From the NCBI GenBank assembly GCA_963706595.1, contig OY970166.1, positions 3,616,001 to 3,680,000 on the forward strand: DNA of 64,000 nt, read 5' to 3'. Positions 21,573 to 32,152 of this stretch are shown here, piece after piece. Each line of letters opens with the position of its first letter. Positions within the stretch are counted from its first letter, which is position 1. This DNA comes from an uncultured cyanobacterium. Lineage in GTDB: Bacteria; Cyanobacteriota; Cyanobacteriia; Cyanobacteriales; Nostocaceae. The position numbers and the translations under genes are program-made. The notes beneath the pieces are model-generated. The model saw only the letters and a list, made by a program, of their open reading frames with translations. It was not told the origin of the DNA and did no database searches.

Positions 21573-21884
21573 ATGCTACACCGCAAGATTTATCAACTGT
21601 GTTGCGACGGGCGCGAGGTATGTGTATTCTTGCGGGACCAGCAACGCTGGATTGAACGCGCCCGCATCCTCGACATAGAGGGGGACTTAGTGACTCTACG
21701 CTATGAAACAGACGAGGAAGACGAAGTTTGTGCCTGGGAGGAAATGGTGCGTCTGGAAAGCATTGGCTCTGTAACCCAAAAGTTAGCCTCAGTGCCACGC
21801 GGTAATGCCGAATTTCTGATGACGGAAGATTGTCCAGAATCAGAGCGTATCCACAACAATTCTCCCGATTCTAATCCTGAGTAG
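21573..21884 (+). CDS. conserved cyanobacterial protein (DUF6679-like)
   Basis: MLHRKIYQLC.DGREV.VFLRDQQRWIE...WEEMVRLESIG. Confidence 0.75.
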   Translation: MLHRKIYQLCCDGREVCVFLRDQQRWIERARILDIEGDLVTLRYETDEEDEVCAWEEMVRLESIGSVTQKLASVPRGNAEFLMTEDCPESERIHNNSPDSNPE

Positions 21885-21901
21885 AGACTCAATTAACCCC
21901 A

Positions 21902-22090
21902 GTAGAGACGCGATTTATCGCGTCTTTACCAAAGATATCGCGTCTTTACCAAAGATATCGCGTCTTTACCAAAGATATCGCGTCTTTACCAAAGATATCG
22001 CGTCTTTACCAAAGATATCGCGTCTTTACCAAAGATATCGCGTCTTTACCAAAGATATCGCGTCTTTACCCAAGATATCGCGTCTTTACA
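21902..22090. repeat. 20-bp tandem repeat (CGTCTTTACCAAAGATATCG x8 plus a partial unit) attached to a REP-like palindrome
   Basis: Eight full units at 21921-22080 (one A>C variant), preceded by GTAGAGACGCGATTTATCGCGTCT. Confidence 0.95.
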
Positions 22091-22100
22091 CCAGAGGTAT

Positions 22101-23786
22101 TTAAATTGGGTTTTCATGATTGGATAAGCGTTCAAAAGCCGGACAGTAACCTTCGAGAGTCACTTTGAAGTTATATAACGGCGAAGCGGGATTCCAACAC
22201 CGTTGTCCTCTTTGGTATCGGCAACTACCACAACAGTCTATATCAGACCCGGTATAGCGATCGCCATTTTGGTGCAGCAGTTCTCTGGGAGACAATCCCC
22301 GCAATACTAATTCTTCACCCTGCCAACGAGCTTCAACTAAACCAGTATCGGCAAACTGTCGCCACCGTGGGTCATGTGTAATGGCATCAGGTAAAGTGAC
22401 TGTGATCACTGTTCCTAACTCTGTGAGTTCGCCTTCATAATTTGTTTCTGGCGGTGCTGGTTGTAAAAATGTCTCGCCAATTGGCAACTCTACTAAAGTG
22501 CCAGCAGCTGGAGAATGTACATGATAACGGTTCTGTAATTCTTCTAAGCTCGTCAAATCTGCTAAGTATGCCGGGGAACCGTGGACAAAAACGACGTGCT
22601 GGGGACGCAAATTATGAATGAGCTGAGTGGTTCCTGGTCCGTCACTATGCTGGGCGAGAAGATAACTTTCGTCTGTAGTAGTTGCTGAATATTTGGGATT
22701 AACTTTTATATCAATTTTTTCTGGTAACAGAATCACCCAAGGGCCTGTTTCCTTTTGGCAGTATTGGTTTAAATCAGCTGTGGAGTCTGTCAGCACAATA
22801 CAGGGAGACTTGCCCACTGTAGCCCGATGTTCTGGCTGCAAACGCCGCACTCGCGGACGCACTCGCTCATCCCAAAACAAAGGTTGATGGCGGGCGAAGT
22901 TCTGCACTGATGGCGGTAGGTGGGGCAGTAATTCCAGGTAAGCATCACAACCAATAGCCACAGCACCATCAACCCAGATATCTAAATCTCGTCCGGTGAA
23001 GTGGTGGTGAGAACGTAATAGCATTAACAATTCTTGCCCCAAACCTAATGCGGGTGTGGGCAGTAGTACAGAACAACGGTCTGCGATCGCGCGATTAATC
23101 CGTTCCGCTAGTTGATTTTCTTGGTTGCGGCGGTGGGGATGGCGTGATGTGCCGTAAGTACCTTCAATAATCAGTACATTTAACTCTAACCCTCGCAACT
23201 CTTCTAAACGCAAACCTTCGACGAGGCGGGAGTTAGATAAAAAGAAATCCCCTGTATACAGCAGCTTGTAAGAACGTGCTTCTGTAGTATATGTGAGTAA
23301 AATTGCTACCGCCCCTGGTAAGTGTCCGGCGGGAAATAATTCTACCACCAAACCTTCTAATATTTCTATAGGCGATCGCAACGGCAAAGCATGACAAAGC
23401 TGAGGAATTTCCTGGGGGTCAAGGTCAAGCCAATTCAGAGGTAGTAACTTACTCGTGACTTCGCTGGCATAAATAGGTAACAGAGGGAACGCCTGATGTA
23501 GTTCTAGCAATCCTCTAGCGTGATCTGGGTGGGCGTGACTAACCAAAACCACATCTGCCGGCATTGGGAACTGAGCTAACGAGGTCAGCAATGATGAAGT
23601 GTCCCTCAATCCGCAATCTAGGAGAATCCGGTGTGGTCCCATTCGGACTAATAAACACACACCCTCATCATGATGCTGGACACTATAGGGCAGACAATTT
23701 AATTGACTCACTACATCCTCAGCATCAACGCCAGAGGATGCTGACAGATTATCCCTCATGCTTTCCTCCCCTTTAACCTGAATCAT
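22101..23786 (-). CDS. MBL-fold (beta-CASP) metallohydrolase/ribonuclease
   Basis: LDCG, SHAHPDH, AGHLPG, YTGDF, EGTYG, HSD, VHG; C-terminal Cys cluster. Confidence 0.9.
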   Translation of the reverse strand: MIQVKGEESMRDNLSASSGVDAEDVVSQLNCLPYSVQHHDEGVCLLVRMGPHRILLDCGLRDTSSLLTSLAQFPMPADVVLVSHAHPDHARGLLELHQAFPLLPIYASEVTSKLLPLNWLDLDPQEIPQLCHALPLRSPIEILEGLVVELFPAGHLPGAVAILLTYTTEARSYKLLYTGDFFLSNSRLVEGLRLEELRGLELNVLIIEGTYGTSRHPHRRNQENQLAERINRAIADRCSVLLPTPALGLGQELLMLLRSHHHFTGRDLDIWVDGAVAIGCDAYLELLPHLPPSVQNFARHQPLFWDERVRPRVRRLQPEHRATVGKSPCIVLTDSTADLNQYCQKETGPWVILLPEKIDIKVNPKYSATTTDESYLLAQHSDGPGTTQLIHNLRPQHVVFVHGSPAYLADLTSLEELQNRYHVHSPAAGTLVELPIGETFLQPAPPETNYEGELTELGTVITVTLPDAITHDPRWRQFADTGLVEARWQGEELVLRGLSPRELLHQNGDRYTGSDIDCCGSCRYQRGQRCWNPASPLYNFKVTLEGYCPAFERLSNHENPI

Positions 23787-23997
23787 GATCGAAATGCCTC
23801 AAAAGCCAAGAATTATGCTAAATCTTGGTTTTTTGACTGAGGGGCAAACTTCATTTTGCGCCCCTACACCCTGATAAAGCAAATTTTTGATTGGGGAGGA
23901 CGCTGACACCAAACTCAAGCCAGTGGGGAAAATTTGGTTAACAAGAAACTCTCATCTTTGGCTTGAGAGGAGTTTGCTTCTTGCCGATTTCGTCTTT

Positions 23998-24120
23998 TTA
24001 ATGTGCAGATCCGTTACCGTGATAGTTTTCGGAATCATAAAATCCATTTTTCGTGCCAAAGAACAGGCACGCAACAGTGAATAGAACTGTTAATCCCACT
24101 AAAATCAGCTTTACATCCAT
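23998..24120 (-). CDS. ndhP: NDH-1L subunit P (40 aa), not in the ORF track
   Basis: MDVKLILVGLTVLFTVACLFFGTKNGFYDSENYHGNGSAH, with the characteristic NdhP C-terminus GFYD...YHGNGSAH. Confidence 0.9.
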   Translation of the reverse strand: MDVKLILVGLTVLFTVACLFFGTKNGFYDSENYHGNGSAH

Positions 24121-24417
24121 TTGTTTGCTGTTCCTCGCTCAAGACCTTCTTATAGTAATAGAATGCTGCCGAAATCCGGATGAATTAGCAGAAAATCTTT
24201 ACTATGGTTGGGCTGATTGAGCAATAGGTAAATTTACTACAATCAGTCAAATTGTATAACTTTTCTGTTAACCTGTCCATCCAGATCATCGGTCTGGAAC
24301 CAAGGCGAAATAAATCTTAAAAGAGGAAAAATATTTTCTAGTTTTAATTCTCAGTTGGTTTCATAAAAATGTATTTATACTGTAAATATTAACACATAAA
24401 ACTACATAAATGCTGGA

Positions 24418-25383
24418 ATGAAGCATCACATTTTAAAAGCTACGAGAGAAACTGTACATCTGGGTGGTTTCTCGGATCTACTTAAACCAGTACTCACAAT
24501 TAATTCTGGGGATACCATAGACGTGGAAACTTACACTGGTTATTACGTTTACGACAAAGCACCACCGGAGTTTCTCACACCAGAATTACTGGACATCTGC
24601 CAAAATCTCGCGTCAGAACGTAAAGTTGCGGGAGGGCCACATTTGCTCACGGGGCCAATTTATGTGCGAGATGCCGAAGCAGGTGACGTTTTGGAGGTAG
24701 AATTACAAGCGATCGCACCGAGTTTACCAGTTGGCTTTAATGCCATTCGTACAGGCTGGGGAGCTTTACCACAGCAATTTACTCAACCAATTCTGAGATT
24801 TATTCCCCTAGATTTAACTAACAATATCGCCGAATTTCCGGCTCATAGTGGCATCAAAATTCCCCTCAGACCCTTTTTTGGTATCCTGGGTGTCGCCACC
24901 CCAGAAAATTCCCGAACCTCAATTCCACCGGGTAGCTATGGTGGTAACATTGACAACCGTGAACTCCAAGCAGGTTCGCGGATATTCTTACCTGTTTTTG
25001 TTCCAGGTGGATTATTTTCTCTGGGTGATGGACATTCAGCCCAGGGAGATGGGGAAGTTAATGTCACCGCCATTGAAACTTCCATGAATGGTAGAATCAA
25101 ACTCACTCTTCGCAAGGATTTACAACTGACAACACCGATAGCTGAAACACCGACAGATATTATTACAATGGGTTTTGCTCCCACTTTAGATACAGCCTTA
25201 GAACTGGCTTTAAAAAACATGATTGCTCTGCTGGAACGTTTCACCAATTTGTCGGCGGAAGAGGCTTATGTCTTGTGTAGTTTAGCTGTAAATTTTCACA
25301 TTACTCAAGTTGTTAATAGTCCCCAAAAAGGTGTTCATGGTATGCTACCCAAGTCTATACTCGCAGAGCAAATATGTTTATAA
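24418..25383 (+). CDS. acetamidase/formamidase family protein
   Basis: HLLTGPIYV..AE.GD.L, GGNIDN, GDGHSAQGDGEV..TAIE. Confidence 0.92.
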   Translation: MKHHILKATRETVHLGGFSDLLKPVLTINSGDTIDVETYTGYYVYDKAPPEFLTPELLDICQNLASERKVAGGPHLLTGPIYVRDAEAGDVLEVELQAIAPSLPVGFNAIRTGWGALPQQFTQPILRFIPLDLTNNIAEFPAHSGIKIPLRPFFGILGVATPENSRTSIPPGSYGGNIDNRELQAGSRIFLPVFVPGGLFSLGDGHSAQGDGEVNVTAIETSMNGRIKLTLRKDLQLTTPIAETPTDIITMGFAPTLDTALELALKNMIALLERFTNLSAEEAYVLCSLAVNFHITQVVNSPQKGVHGMLPKSILAEQICL

Positions 25384-25405
25384 ATATCAATAAATAAATA
25401 TAAAT

Positions 25406-25771
25406 ATGCCTAATATAGTTATTCAAATGTTGAGCATTGGCTTGGTTGCTGGCTTGACTGGTGGGATGTTTGGCTTGGGTGGTGGTGCAATTATGGTCCC
25501 AGCAATGGTGTTGTTAGTTGGTTTAGATCAGAAATTTGCCACTGGTACTTCTATTGCCGCTCAAATTTTACCAATTGGTATTTTAGGCGCAGTAGTATAC
25601 TATCGTAACGGCAACATAAATATTAAATATGCGGCCATTATCGCTGTTGGTCTAATAATTGGTAATTTATTCGGAGCGTTATTTGCTAATCAGCCATTTA
25701 TCAGCAGTGAAATGATCAAGAAGTTGTATGGCATTTTTTTGTTACTCCTGGGTTTACGGTATTTAATTTGA
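25406..25771 (+). CDS. TauE/SafE sulfite-exporter family (half-size) membrane protein
   Basis: G..GG.FGLGGG.IMVP, A.GTS. Confidence 0.85.
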   Translation: MPNIVIQMLSIGLVAGLTGGMFGLGGGAIMVPAMVLLVGLDQKFATGTSIAAQILPIGILGAVVYYRNGNINIKYAAIIAVGLIIGNLFGALFANQPFISSEMIKKLYGIFLLLLGLRYLI

Positions 25772-25776
25772 TGTTA

Positions 25777-25986
25777 GGGAGTGGGGAGTGGGGAGTGGGG
25801 AGTGGGGATAAATAATAATTCCTGATATCATCTTCGCCTAATTAGTTATAATTCCCACCTCTGTGCAAAAAACGTAAAATCTTCTTTCCCCCTGCTCCCC
25901 TGCTCCCTGCTCCCCTGCTCCCCTGCTCCCCTGCTCCCCTGCTCCCCTGCTCCCTGCTCCCCTGCTCCCTGCTCCCTGCTCCCCTG
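25777..25986. repeat. STRR arrays (GGGGAGT)n and (CCCTGCT/CCCCTGCT)n
   Basis: Tandem 7-8-mers at 25777-25807 and ~25888-25986. Confidence 0.9.
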
Positions 25987-26065
25987 CGGCCTTAATGATA
26001 AGTCTTTCACCGAACACGATATGACTCGGCACTTTCTTGTACAGACGCGATTTATCGCGTCTCAG

Positions 26066-27343
26066 TTATTGTACTGGTTGAGTGGGTAAAGCCCCAGTTT
26101 GCACAGCCAAGTTAACATTCTGCCCATTGCGCCGCAGTCCTAAGCTCACATTTCCCCCGACTTGAGCATTTTCTACGGCTTTTTGGATACTGCTGGCTTC
26201 TGTGACTGATTGACCGTTAAGCTGTTGGATGACATCTCCGGCACGTAAACCAGCTTGAGCGGCGGGTGAGTTGGGCATGACGCGCACAATTAAGACACCT
26301 TTATCTTCATTCACCCTGACAGGGCTATTGGGGTCTGAGTTCAGACGTTCTTTGATTTGAGGTGTTATCTCTACCATCTGAATTCCTAGATAGGAATGTT
26401 GGGCTTTACCTGTAGCAATTAGTTGGTTGGAAATCCGTTGAGCTGTGTTGATGGGAATGGCGAAACCCAATCCTTGCGCTCTTTGGATAATGGCTGTATT
26501 CATCCCAATTACCTGACCACGAGCATTTAGCAAAGGTCCGCCGGAGTTACCAGGATTAATTGCTGCATCAGTTTGAATAAATTCAACTCGCTTATCAGGT
26601 GCGCCAATTTGATTACTACTGCGACCTGTGGCACTGATGATTCCTGTAGTGACTGTATTATCTAATCCTAAAGGATTACCAATGGCGATCGCCCATTCTC
26701 CGGCTTGTAGTTGGTCTGAGTTACCCACTTCTACTGTCGGTAGATTGTTGGAATTAATTTTGACCACAGCGACATCTGTTAATTCGTCAGTCCCCATCAC
26801 CTTACCTTCAAAGCTCCGCCCATCTTTGAGTATGACTCTTACTGTGTCCGCACCCGCCACGACATGGGCATTGGTGAGAATACTGCCATCTTTACTGATA
26901 ATAAAACCGGAACCAGTGCCTCGTTGGACTCGACTTTGTTGTTCTGGTAGCTGAGAGCCAAAAAATTGGCGGAAAAATGGATCGTTAAAGGCCGCAGGTA
27001 CACGACTAGTCACAGTTCGAGAAGCCTCAATCCGCACCACGGCTGGTCCAACCTTCTGGACTACCTGGGTTACGAAGTTAGCACCTGTAGCCGTTGGTAA
27101 TGGAGGGGCTGCATTGACTCTACTCACTGCTAGGTTTGATGTCCTATCAGATATCTGCTGAGAGTTTTCAGCCAAATAACCACCTGCGAATGTCATCCCT
27201 GATCCAAGCAGCACCAGTGATAAAGAGGCCGCTGTCTTTTGCCAAATTCCTTGATTTTGGGATTTGGTATGAGCTTGATTAGCTGAAATATTATTTAATG
27301 AGGAATCTCCATCATTTACTTGCTTGTTCATTGCTGCCTGCAA
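26066..27343 (-). CDS. HhoA/HhoB/HtrA family serine protease with PDZ domain
   Basis: GSGFII, TNAHVV, DVAV, GNSGGPL, C-terminal PDZ. Confidence 0.95.
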   Translation of the reverse strand: MQAAMNKQVNDGDSSLNNISANQAHTKSQNQGIWQKTAASLSLVLLGSGMTFAGGYLAENSQQISDRTSNLAVSRVNAAPPLPTATGANFVTQVVQKVGPAVVRIEASRTVTSRVPAAFNDPFFRQFFGSQLPEQQSRVQRGTGSGFIISKDGSILTNAHVVAGADTVRVILKDGRSFEGKVMGTDELTDVAVVKINSNNLPTVEVGNSDQLQAGEWAIAIGNPLGLDNTVTTGIISATGRSSNQIGAPDKRVEFIQTDAAINPGNSGGPLLNARGQVIGMNTAIIQRAQGLGFAIPINTAQRISNQLIATGKAQHSYLGIQMVEITPQIKERLNSDPNSPVRVNEDKGVLIVRVMPNSPAAQAGLRAGDVIQQLNGQSVTEASSIQKAVENAQVGGNVSLGLRRNGQNVNLAVQTGALPTQPVQ

Positions 27344-27575
27344 AAATATTTAGATGTATTACTAATAGTGTAGATATTATTTGTGACGCTTTTGTTGCAA
27401 AGGTATTGCTTATTTGTGAAATATTAGTCATTTTTGCAGTTTTATGCTTGTTAGGTGCGTTAACACGCAAGTAACCTATACAAACCTAGCCCGCCTAAGC
27501 GGGCTAAAATTATGCTTGTAGAGTGACGTTTAATTTGTCTAACCGCAAATTTGAAAGTGTTGGGCGGATTGAGTC

Positions 27576-28418
27576 TTAATAATCACCTTTGATGAGACAA
27601 CGCACAGCCTGCTCTATGTCCTCTTGTTTAATTAAAGATTCTCCCACTATCACTGCATGTGTACCAGCCTCAGCCATCAGAGACAAATCAGCATTTGTAT
27701 ATAACCCAGACTCACTGACAACCATCACACCTAAGTTTTGCAACTGCGATCGCCTTGCTGCCAACAGTTGTTGAGTAATGCTAAGATCAATGGTAAAGTC
27801 TTCTAAATTCTGGTTGTTAAACCCGATTAAGCGGATGTCATCAAGCTTGAGTACGCGGTCTAGTTCACTCAAGTTATGCACTTCCACCAAAGCATTCATC
27901 CCTAAATAGTGAATTACTCTCAGAAAATCTTGCAATTCCCGATCTGTGAGAATAGCTGCAATTAATAGTACAGCATCTGCTCCTGCTGATCGTGCTAAAT
28001 AAATTTGGCACGGGTCAATGATAAAGTCTTTGCACAACAAGGGCAATGCTACTTTTTGGCGAATTGCCCTCAAACTTTCAAAACTGCCATGAAAAAATGC
28101 TGTTTCAGTAAAAACTGAGATACAAGCAGCGCCACCTCGCTCATAAGCTTTCGCGATGGCTATGGGGTCAAAATCTGGGCGAATATTCCCATATAGTGGC
28201 GATGCTTTCTGAATTTCGGCAATTAATCCAGGTTTGTAAGGATTTTGTTGCAAAGCAGTCAAGAAATCTCGCACAGTTGGCGCAGCAGTTAACTGGCGTT
28301 GCAAAGAAGCCAACGACATCTGTTGATGCATTTGTGTTACTTCTTGCTTTTTATGCCAAACAATCTCTCTGAGCATCGGTTGCAAACGGGTATTAACAGT
28401 AGTCAGTGGGTAAATCAT
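27576..28418 (-). CDS. trpC: indole-3-glycerol-phosphate synthase paralog (degenerate catalytic residues)
   Basis: IAE..KASP, LLCKDFI, GADAVLLI, LVEVH, SESG, VGESL. Confidence 0.88.
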   Translation of the reverse strand: MIYPLTTVNTRLQPMLREIVWHKKQEVTQMHQQMSLASLQRQLTAAPTVRDFLTALQQNPYKPGLIAEIQKASPLYGNIRPDFDPIAIAKAYERGGAACISVFTETAFFHGSFESLRAIRQKVALPLLCKDFIIDPCQIYLARSAGADAVLLIAAILTDRELQDFLRVIHYLGMNALVEVHNLSELDRVLKLDDIRLIGFNNQNLEDFTIDLSITQQLLAARRSQLQNLGVMVVSESGLYTNADLSLMAEAGTHAVIVGESLIKQEDIEQAVRCLIKGDY

Positions 28419-28487
28419 TAGCTGCTATGTATCTAGAGAGAGGGTGACTCAGAAAGGATAAAAAATGAAATATTGTGCCTGTTGTTT

Positions 28488-28760
28488 TCAGAGTCGAATC
28501 CAGTTGGAGTTCATGTCAAAGACTTCCTTCTTTTCCTTGTCTTTCAACTTGGAATTTTCAACTAAGCAATTATTTTTCAGCAGTCGAATGTAGGTGCGGT
28601 AAGGTATGTAGTCTATAGGGTTATAGCCAGAAAACCGGAGAATTAATACACAAGCCCATGAATACTTGCCGGCAATAATTGCTTTGATAATTTGTTCAAT
28701 TTGTTCTGTATTAATTTTCTTAGTGCTTTGTGTATTACAACTATTATTCAGTTGATGCAT
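28488..28760 (-). CDS. HetP-family heterocyst commitment protein homolog
   Basis: [36 protein letters not shown] signature. Confidence 0.88.
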   Translation of the reverse strand: MHQLNNSCNTQSTKKINTEQIEQIIKAIIAGKYSWACVLILRFSGYNPIDYIPYRTYIRLLKNNCLVENSKLKDKEKKEVFDMNSNWIRL

Positions 28761-30565
28761 AGCTTTCCCTCTTTTTTAATTTGGAGTCCTACATCTAGAA
28801 TCAATTGTGATTGATGTTTTTATCTAAAATCTAAAATCATGGGACCTAGCTTTGACGGTGGTAGTATCATCCCTTGTTTGGAATTTTACTGCCAATTTAA
28901 CTGGCTTTAGCAGAAAAATTTGTGCTTATTAAAAGCTAATCACAGACATTTGTGCTGATATGTAAAAAGCATTAACAAGAATTACAAGTTGGTTGGGAAA
29001 ATAGGGGTGAATTTAACTAGTCAGCATTTTTATCTGCCTAATATATATCTAGTTAAACTAGCCCCTAGAGATAAACCGTGTTGCAGAAGCAGCTTCTTTG
29101 TTAAGCGTACTCAATTTTTCACCACAGATATATGATCAATTTTTGGATAGACTTATCTCTTCTTTCGCTCTTCCCATTTATTAATTCTCCTTAACTGTCA
29201 TACTGGCTGGCAGGATTATGCTTTAGTAATAAATTATACTTTAGTAAATTTGGTAAAATAAAAAGACAGATTTTAGGATTTTAATATATATATTGCATCT
29301 CTTTTCTAATAACAGGTAAGATTTTTGTGTAATAGCAAGTATTATATGTTGCGATCTGCCACTGTATTAAATCTCAGGGGAGTTTAATTGATTCTTATGG
29401 TAATGAGAGAAAAATTCATTTGCTTCAAAACGTTTTTTTATACATGTACTTATAGTCAATATAGTCATTTTTAAACAACAAATCCACAATATTTAGACTG
29501 ACTATGAACCTTGTAAATCTTAATGGACAAAGCTAAACAATAACAATATTTCAATAATTGATGATTATAGTCTTTAACTAAGATTATTTTCTATTTGTAT
29601 AAATAAATACTTACAAATTTAGGAATAAAAAAAATTACTGATTTAAAATCTAGTCAATGGATTACTGTTAACAAAACAAATACATCAAGCTATTAACAGC
29701 TTATAAATTTTCTGCTACATAAAATTCTTGCCATAAAAATTTTGTAATTATCAATACATTCATTCTTTACATTTTCTATTACTTTTGAGAGATGTTTTAG
29801 TAACACGTATATAAATGTAAAAAAAAAGGTATATCTCATGACAGATGACTTAGTACAATATTCTATAGTTAGATGTCTGAAGGAGTAAAATGATTAAAAC
29901 TCAATTTATAATCAGTAAATTGTTTATTTAGTCGCAATATGATATGACAAAATTATCTAAATTAAATTAGACATAATACATTTGTTTGAAATCATGTTTT
30001 AGCAAAAATATATTGTTCTAACTGTAGTATCGTCTTAACCAAACTGTTTTTAACCTAAATTAAACTTAGCACTTAGTGATATATAGGATTTTAAACTATA
30101 AGCCAAAGTGCTATTTGGTATATATATATTACCTACAAAATTCTTGGCTTCACCATCAAAAAAATGTTATTTATTTATGTAAACAAGTTTAATATTACTA
30201 ATTTAGATTGATAAAATCAGGTGAGGAATAGCAATTAACCTGAGAATATTCATAATTAAACTCATTTTTTGTAAAAGTGCCGGGTAATCAGCACTTTTAA
30301 GAAATTATGATGATCAAAACTTCGGTGACTCGATTCCCAATTGATAAAAAATAGTGAGTAGGGATATGAATGCTGGCAATTATAAATTAGCGAAATCTGA
30401 TGATTCATTAAAAGTACAGCCAGAAGCGAAGCTGAAATTTGCTCATTTACTGGTCAAATATTTTTGCTGGAAATTCCCTTTATCTACATAACTATAGATG
30501 ATTAACGCCAGGAGTTTGACTGTAATTTTGGGTGTGAGAGAAGTGATGAAGTAGTAGAGGGGAGC

Positions 30566-32098
30566 ATGTACAAGTGGACTGACGAATCAAAAAATATTCA
30601 ACAGCATTTACCACGGGAAATTGCTGAACTGAAGAAAAAGGAAGCACAGATCCAAGAATCCCTTTCTCTGCTTCATTCTATCCTGGAATCTACTGCTCAT
30701 GGTATTGTTGCAGTCAGTCTTGAAGGAGATATTCTTTGCTGTAATCAGAAATTTGTGAATATGTGGCAGATCCCAAATTCTGTGATGCTAGCCAAAAACT
30801 ATCGTCAATGCCAAGCTTTTTTGGAGAACGAACTCAAATATCCAGAAGCATATAGCCAGATTATGCGGGAAGTATCCAGTCAACCTGATTTGGAAAGCTA
30901 TGATATTTTAGAGTTAAAGGATGGGAAAATTTTTGCTCAATACTCTCAGCCTCAGTGCTTGGGCGGCAAGATTGTCGGTAGAGTATGGAGTATTTGGGAT
31001 ATTACTGAATCCCAGCGAACAGAAGAATTACCACAGTTTAATCAAGCTAGCTTGTGTACTTTAGCAGAAACGACCAACGCTAGTATTTTTGTGATTCAAG
31101 GCTTGAAGTTATCTTACATGAATCCGGCGGCGGAGGTACTGACAGGCTATACAAAAGAGGAACTACTAACTGGGTTTGATGCGCGCCAATTGTTCAAGAA
31201 CAAAAAGCGGAAGCAGGTAAATAATAAGGATTTAGAATACCAGGAAATGAAAATCCTGGAAAAAAACGGTACAGAGCGCTGGTTAGCTTGTGCAGTAGGA
31301 ATGCTTGATGAGCAAGAAACACCAGTGGAAATGATTGCAGGTATTGATATCACCGAATACAAACAAGCAGAATCAGACCTTAGCCAAACTTTAGCACAAA
31401 TCAAACAACTCAGCGAACTCAAAGCACACTTCATGTCTATGGTTTGCCATCAATTCCGCACTCCCCTAAATGTTGTTTCATTCTCCAATAGCTTACTCAA
31501 AAGACATATTCATGGATATAGAGACGAAAAAACACGACCCTTACTGGATCACATTCAATCAGGTATTGAACAGCTGACTAAGATGTTGGATGATATTCTG
31601 TTCTTCGCGAAAGCAGAAGCAGCCACAGTTAACTATGATGCTAAACCAGTGAATTTGGTTGAGTTCTGCAAGTCCCTAATTGCACAAATGCAGACAAGTG
31701 GTTGCGAGAACCGGATAAATTTTGTGAGTCAAGGTAGTTACTTAACAGCCTGTATAGATCAAAAACTGCTGGAGCCGATGATGAGGAATTTGCTTGACAA
31801 TGCCATGAAATATTCTCATGCGGGCAGCGTGATTGATTTTAAACTGTTCTGTGAGTGTGGGAAAGTAGTTTTCGAGGTTAAAGATAGGGGTATTGGCATT
31901 CCTATTGCCGATAAACAGCGATTATTTGAACCATTTTATCGAGGTAGCAATATTCATAATCTGCCCGGTACTGGACTAGGTTTATCGATTGTTAAAACCC
32001 TTGTGGACTTACACCGTGGTCACATTGCGGTGGAAAGTGAAGTTGGTGTCAGTACAACATTTACTATCATGCTACCAGCAGTCAAATCAAATTTCTGA
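30566..32098 (+). CDS. PAS-domain sensor histidine kinase (resembles the scytonemin-associated type)
   Basis: Two PAS domains, H-box CHQFRTPLN, NLLDNAMKYS, DRGIGI, GTGLGL. Confidence 0.9.
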   Translation: MYKWTDESKNIQQHLPREIAELKKKEAQIQESLSLLHSILESTAHGIVAVSLEGDILCCNQKFVNMWQIPNSVMLAKNYRQCQAFLENELKYPEAYSQIMREVSSQPDLESYDILELKDGKIFAQYSQPQCLGGKIVGRVWSIWDITESQRTEELPQFNQASLCTLAETTNASIFVIQGLKLSYMNPAAEVLTGYTKEELLTGFDARQLFKNKKRKQVNNKDLEYQEMKILEKNGTERWLACAVGMLDEQETPVEMIAGIDITEYKQAESDLSQTLAQIKQLSELKAHFMSMVCHQFRTPLNVVSFSNSLLKRHIHGYRDEKTRPLLDHIQSGIEQLTKMLDDILFFAKAEAATVNYDAKPVNLVEFCKSLIAQMQTSGCENRINFVSQGSYLTACIDQKLLEPMMRNLLDNAMKYSHAGSVIDFKLFCECGKVVFEVKDRGIGIPIADKQRLFEPFYRGSNIHNLPGTGLGLSIVKTLVDLHRGHIAVESEVGVSTTFTIMLPAVKSNF

Positions 32099-32152
32099 GT
32101 TCAGCAAAGTCTTTGTTAATTGTTTCTTGCCCAAAATTTTAGGGATAAAAAA

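Noticed and set aside
21921..22090. possible CRISPR array
   Set aside because: Units are head-to-tail with no unique spacers, and there are no cas genes.
24228..24400. NtcA site upstream of the acetamidase gene
   Set aside because: Only imperfect matches (GTA-N7-TAC, GTA-N8-CAC) in AT-rich DNA, not distinguishable from chance.
25838..26032. 64-aa ORF with GAGEQ repeats
   Set aside because: It is the translation of an STRR array.
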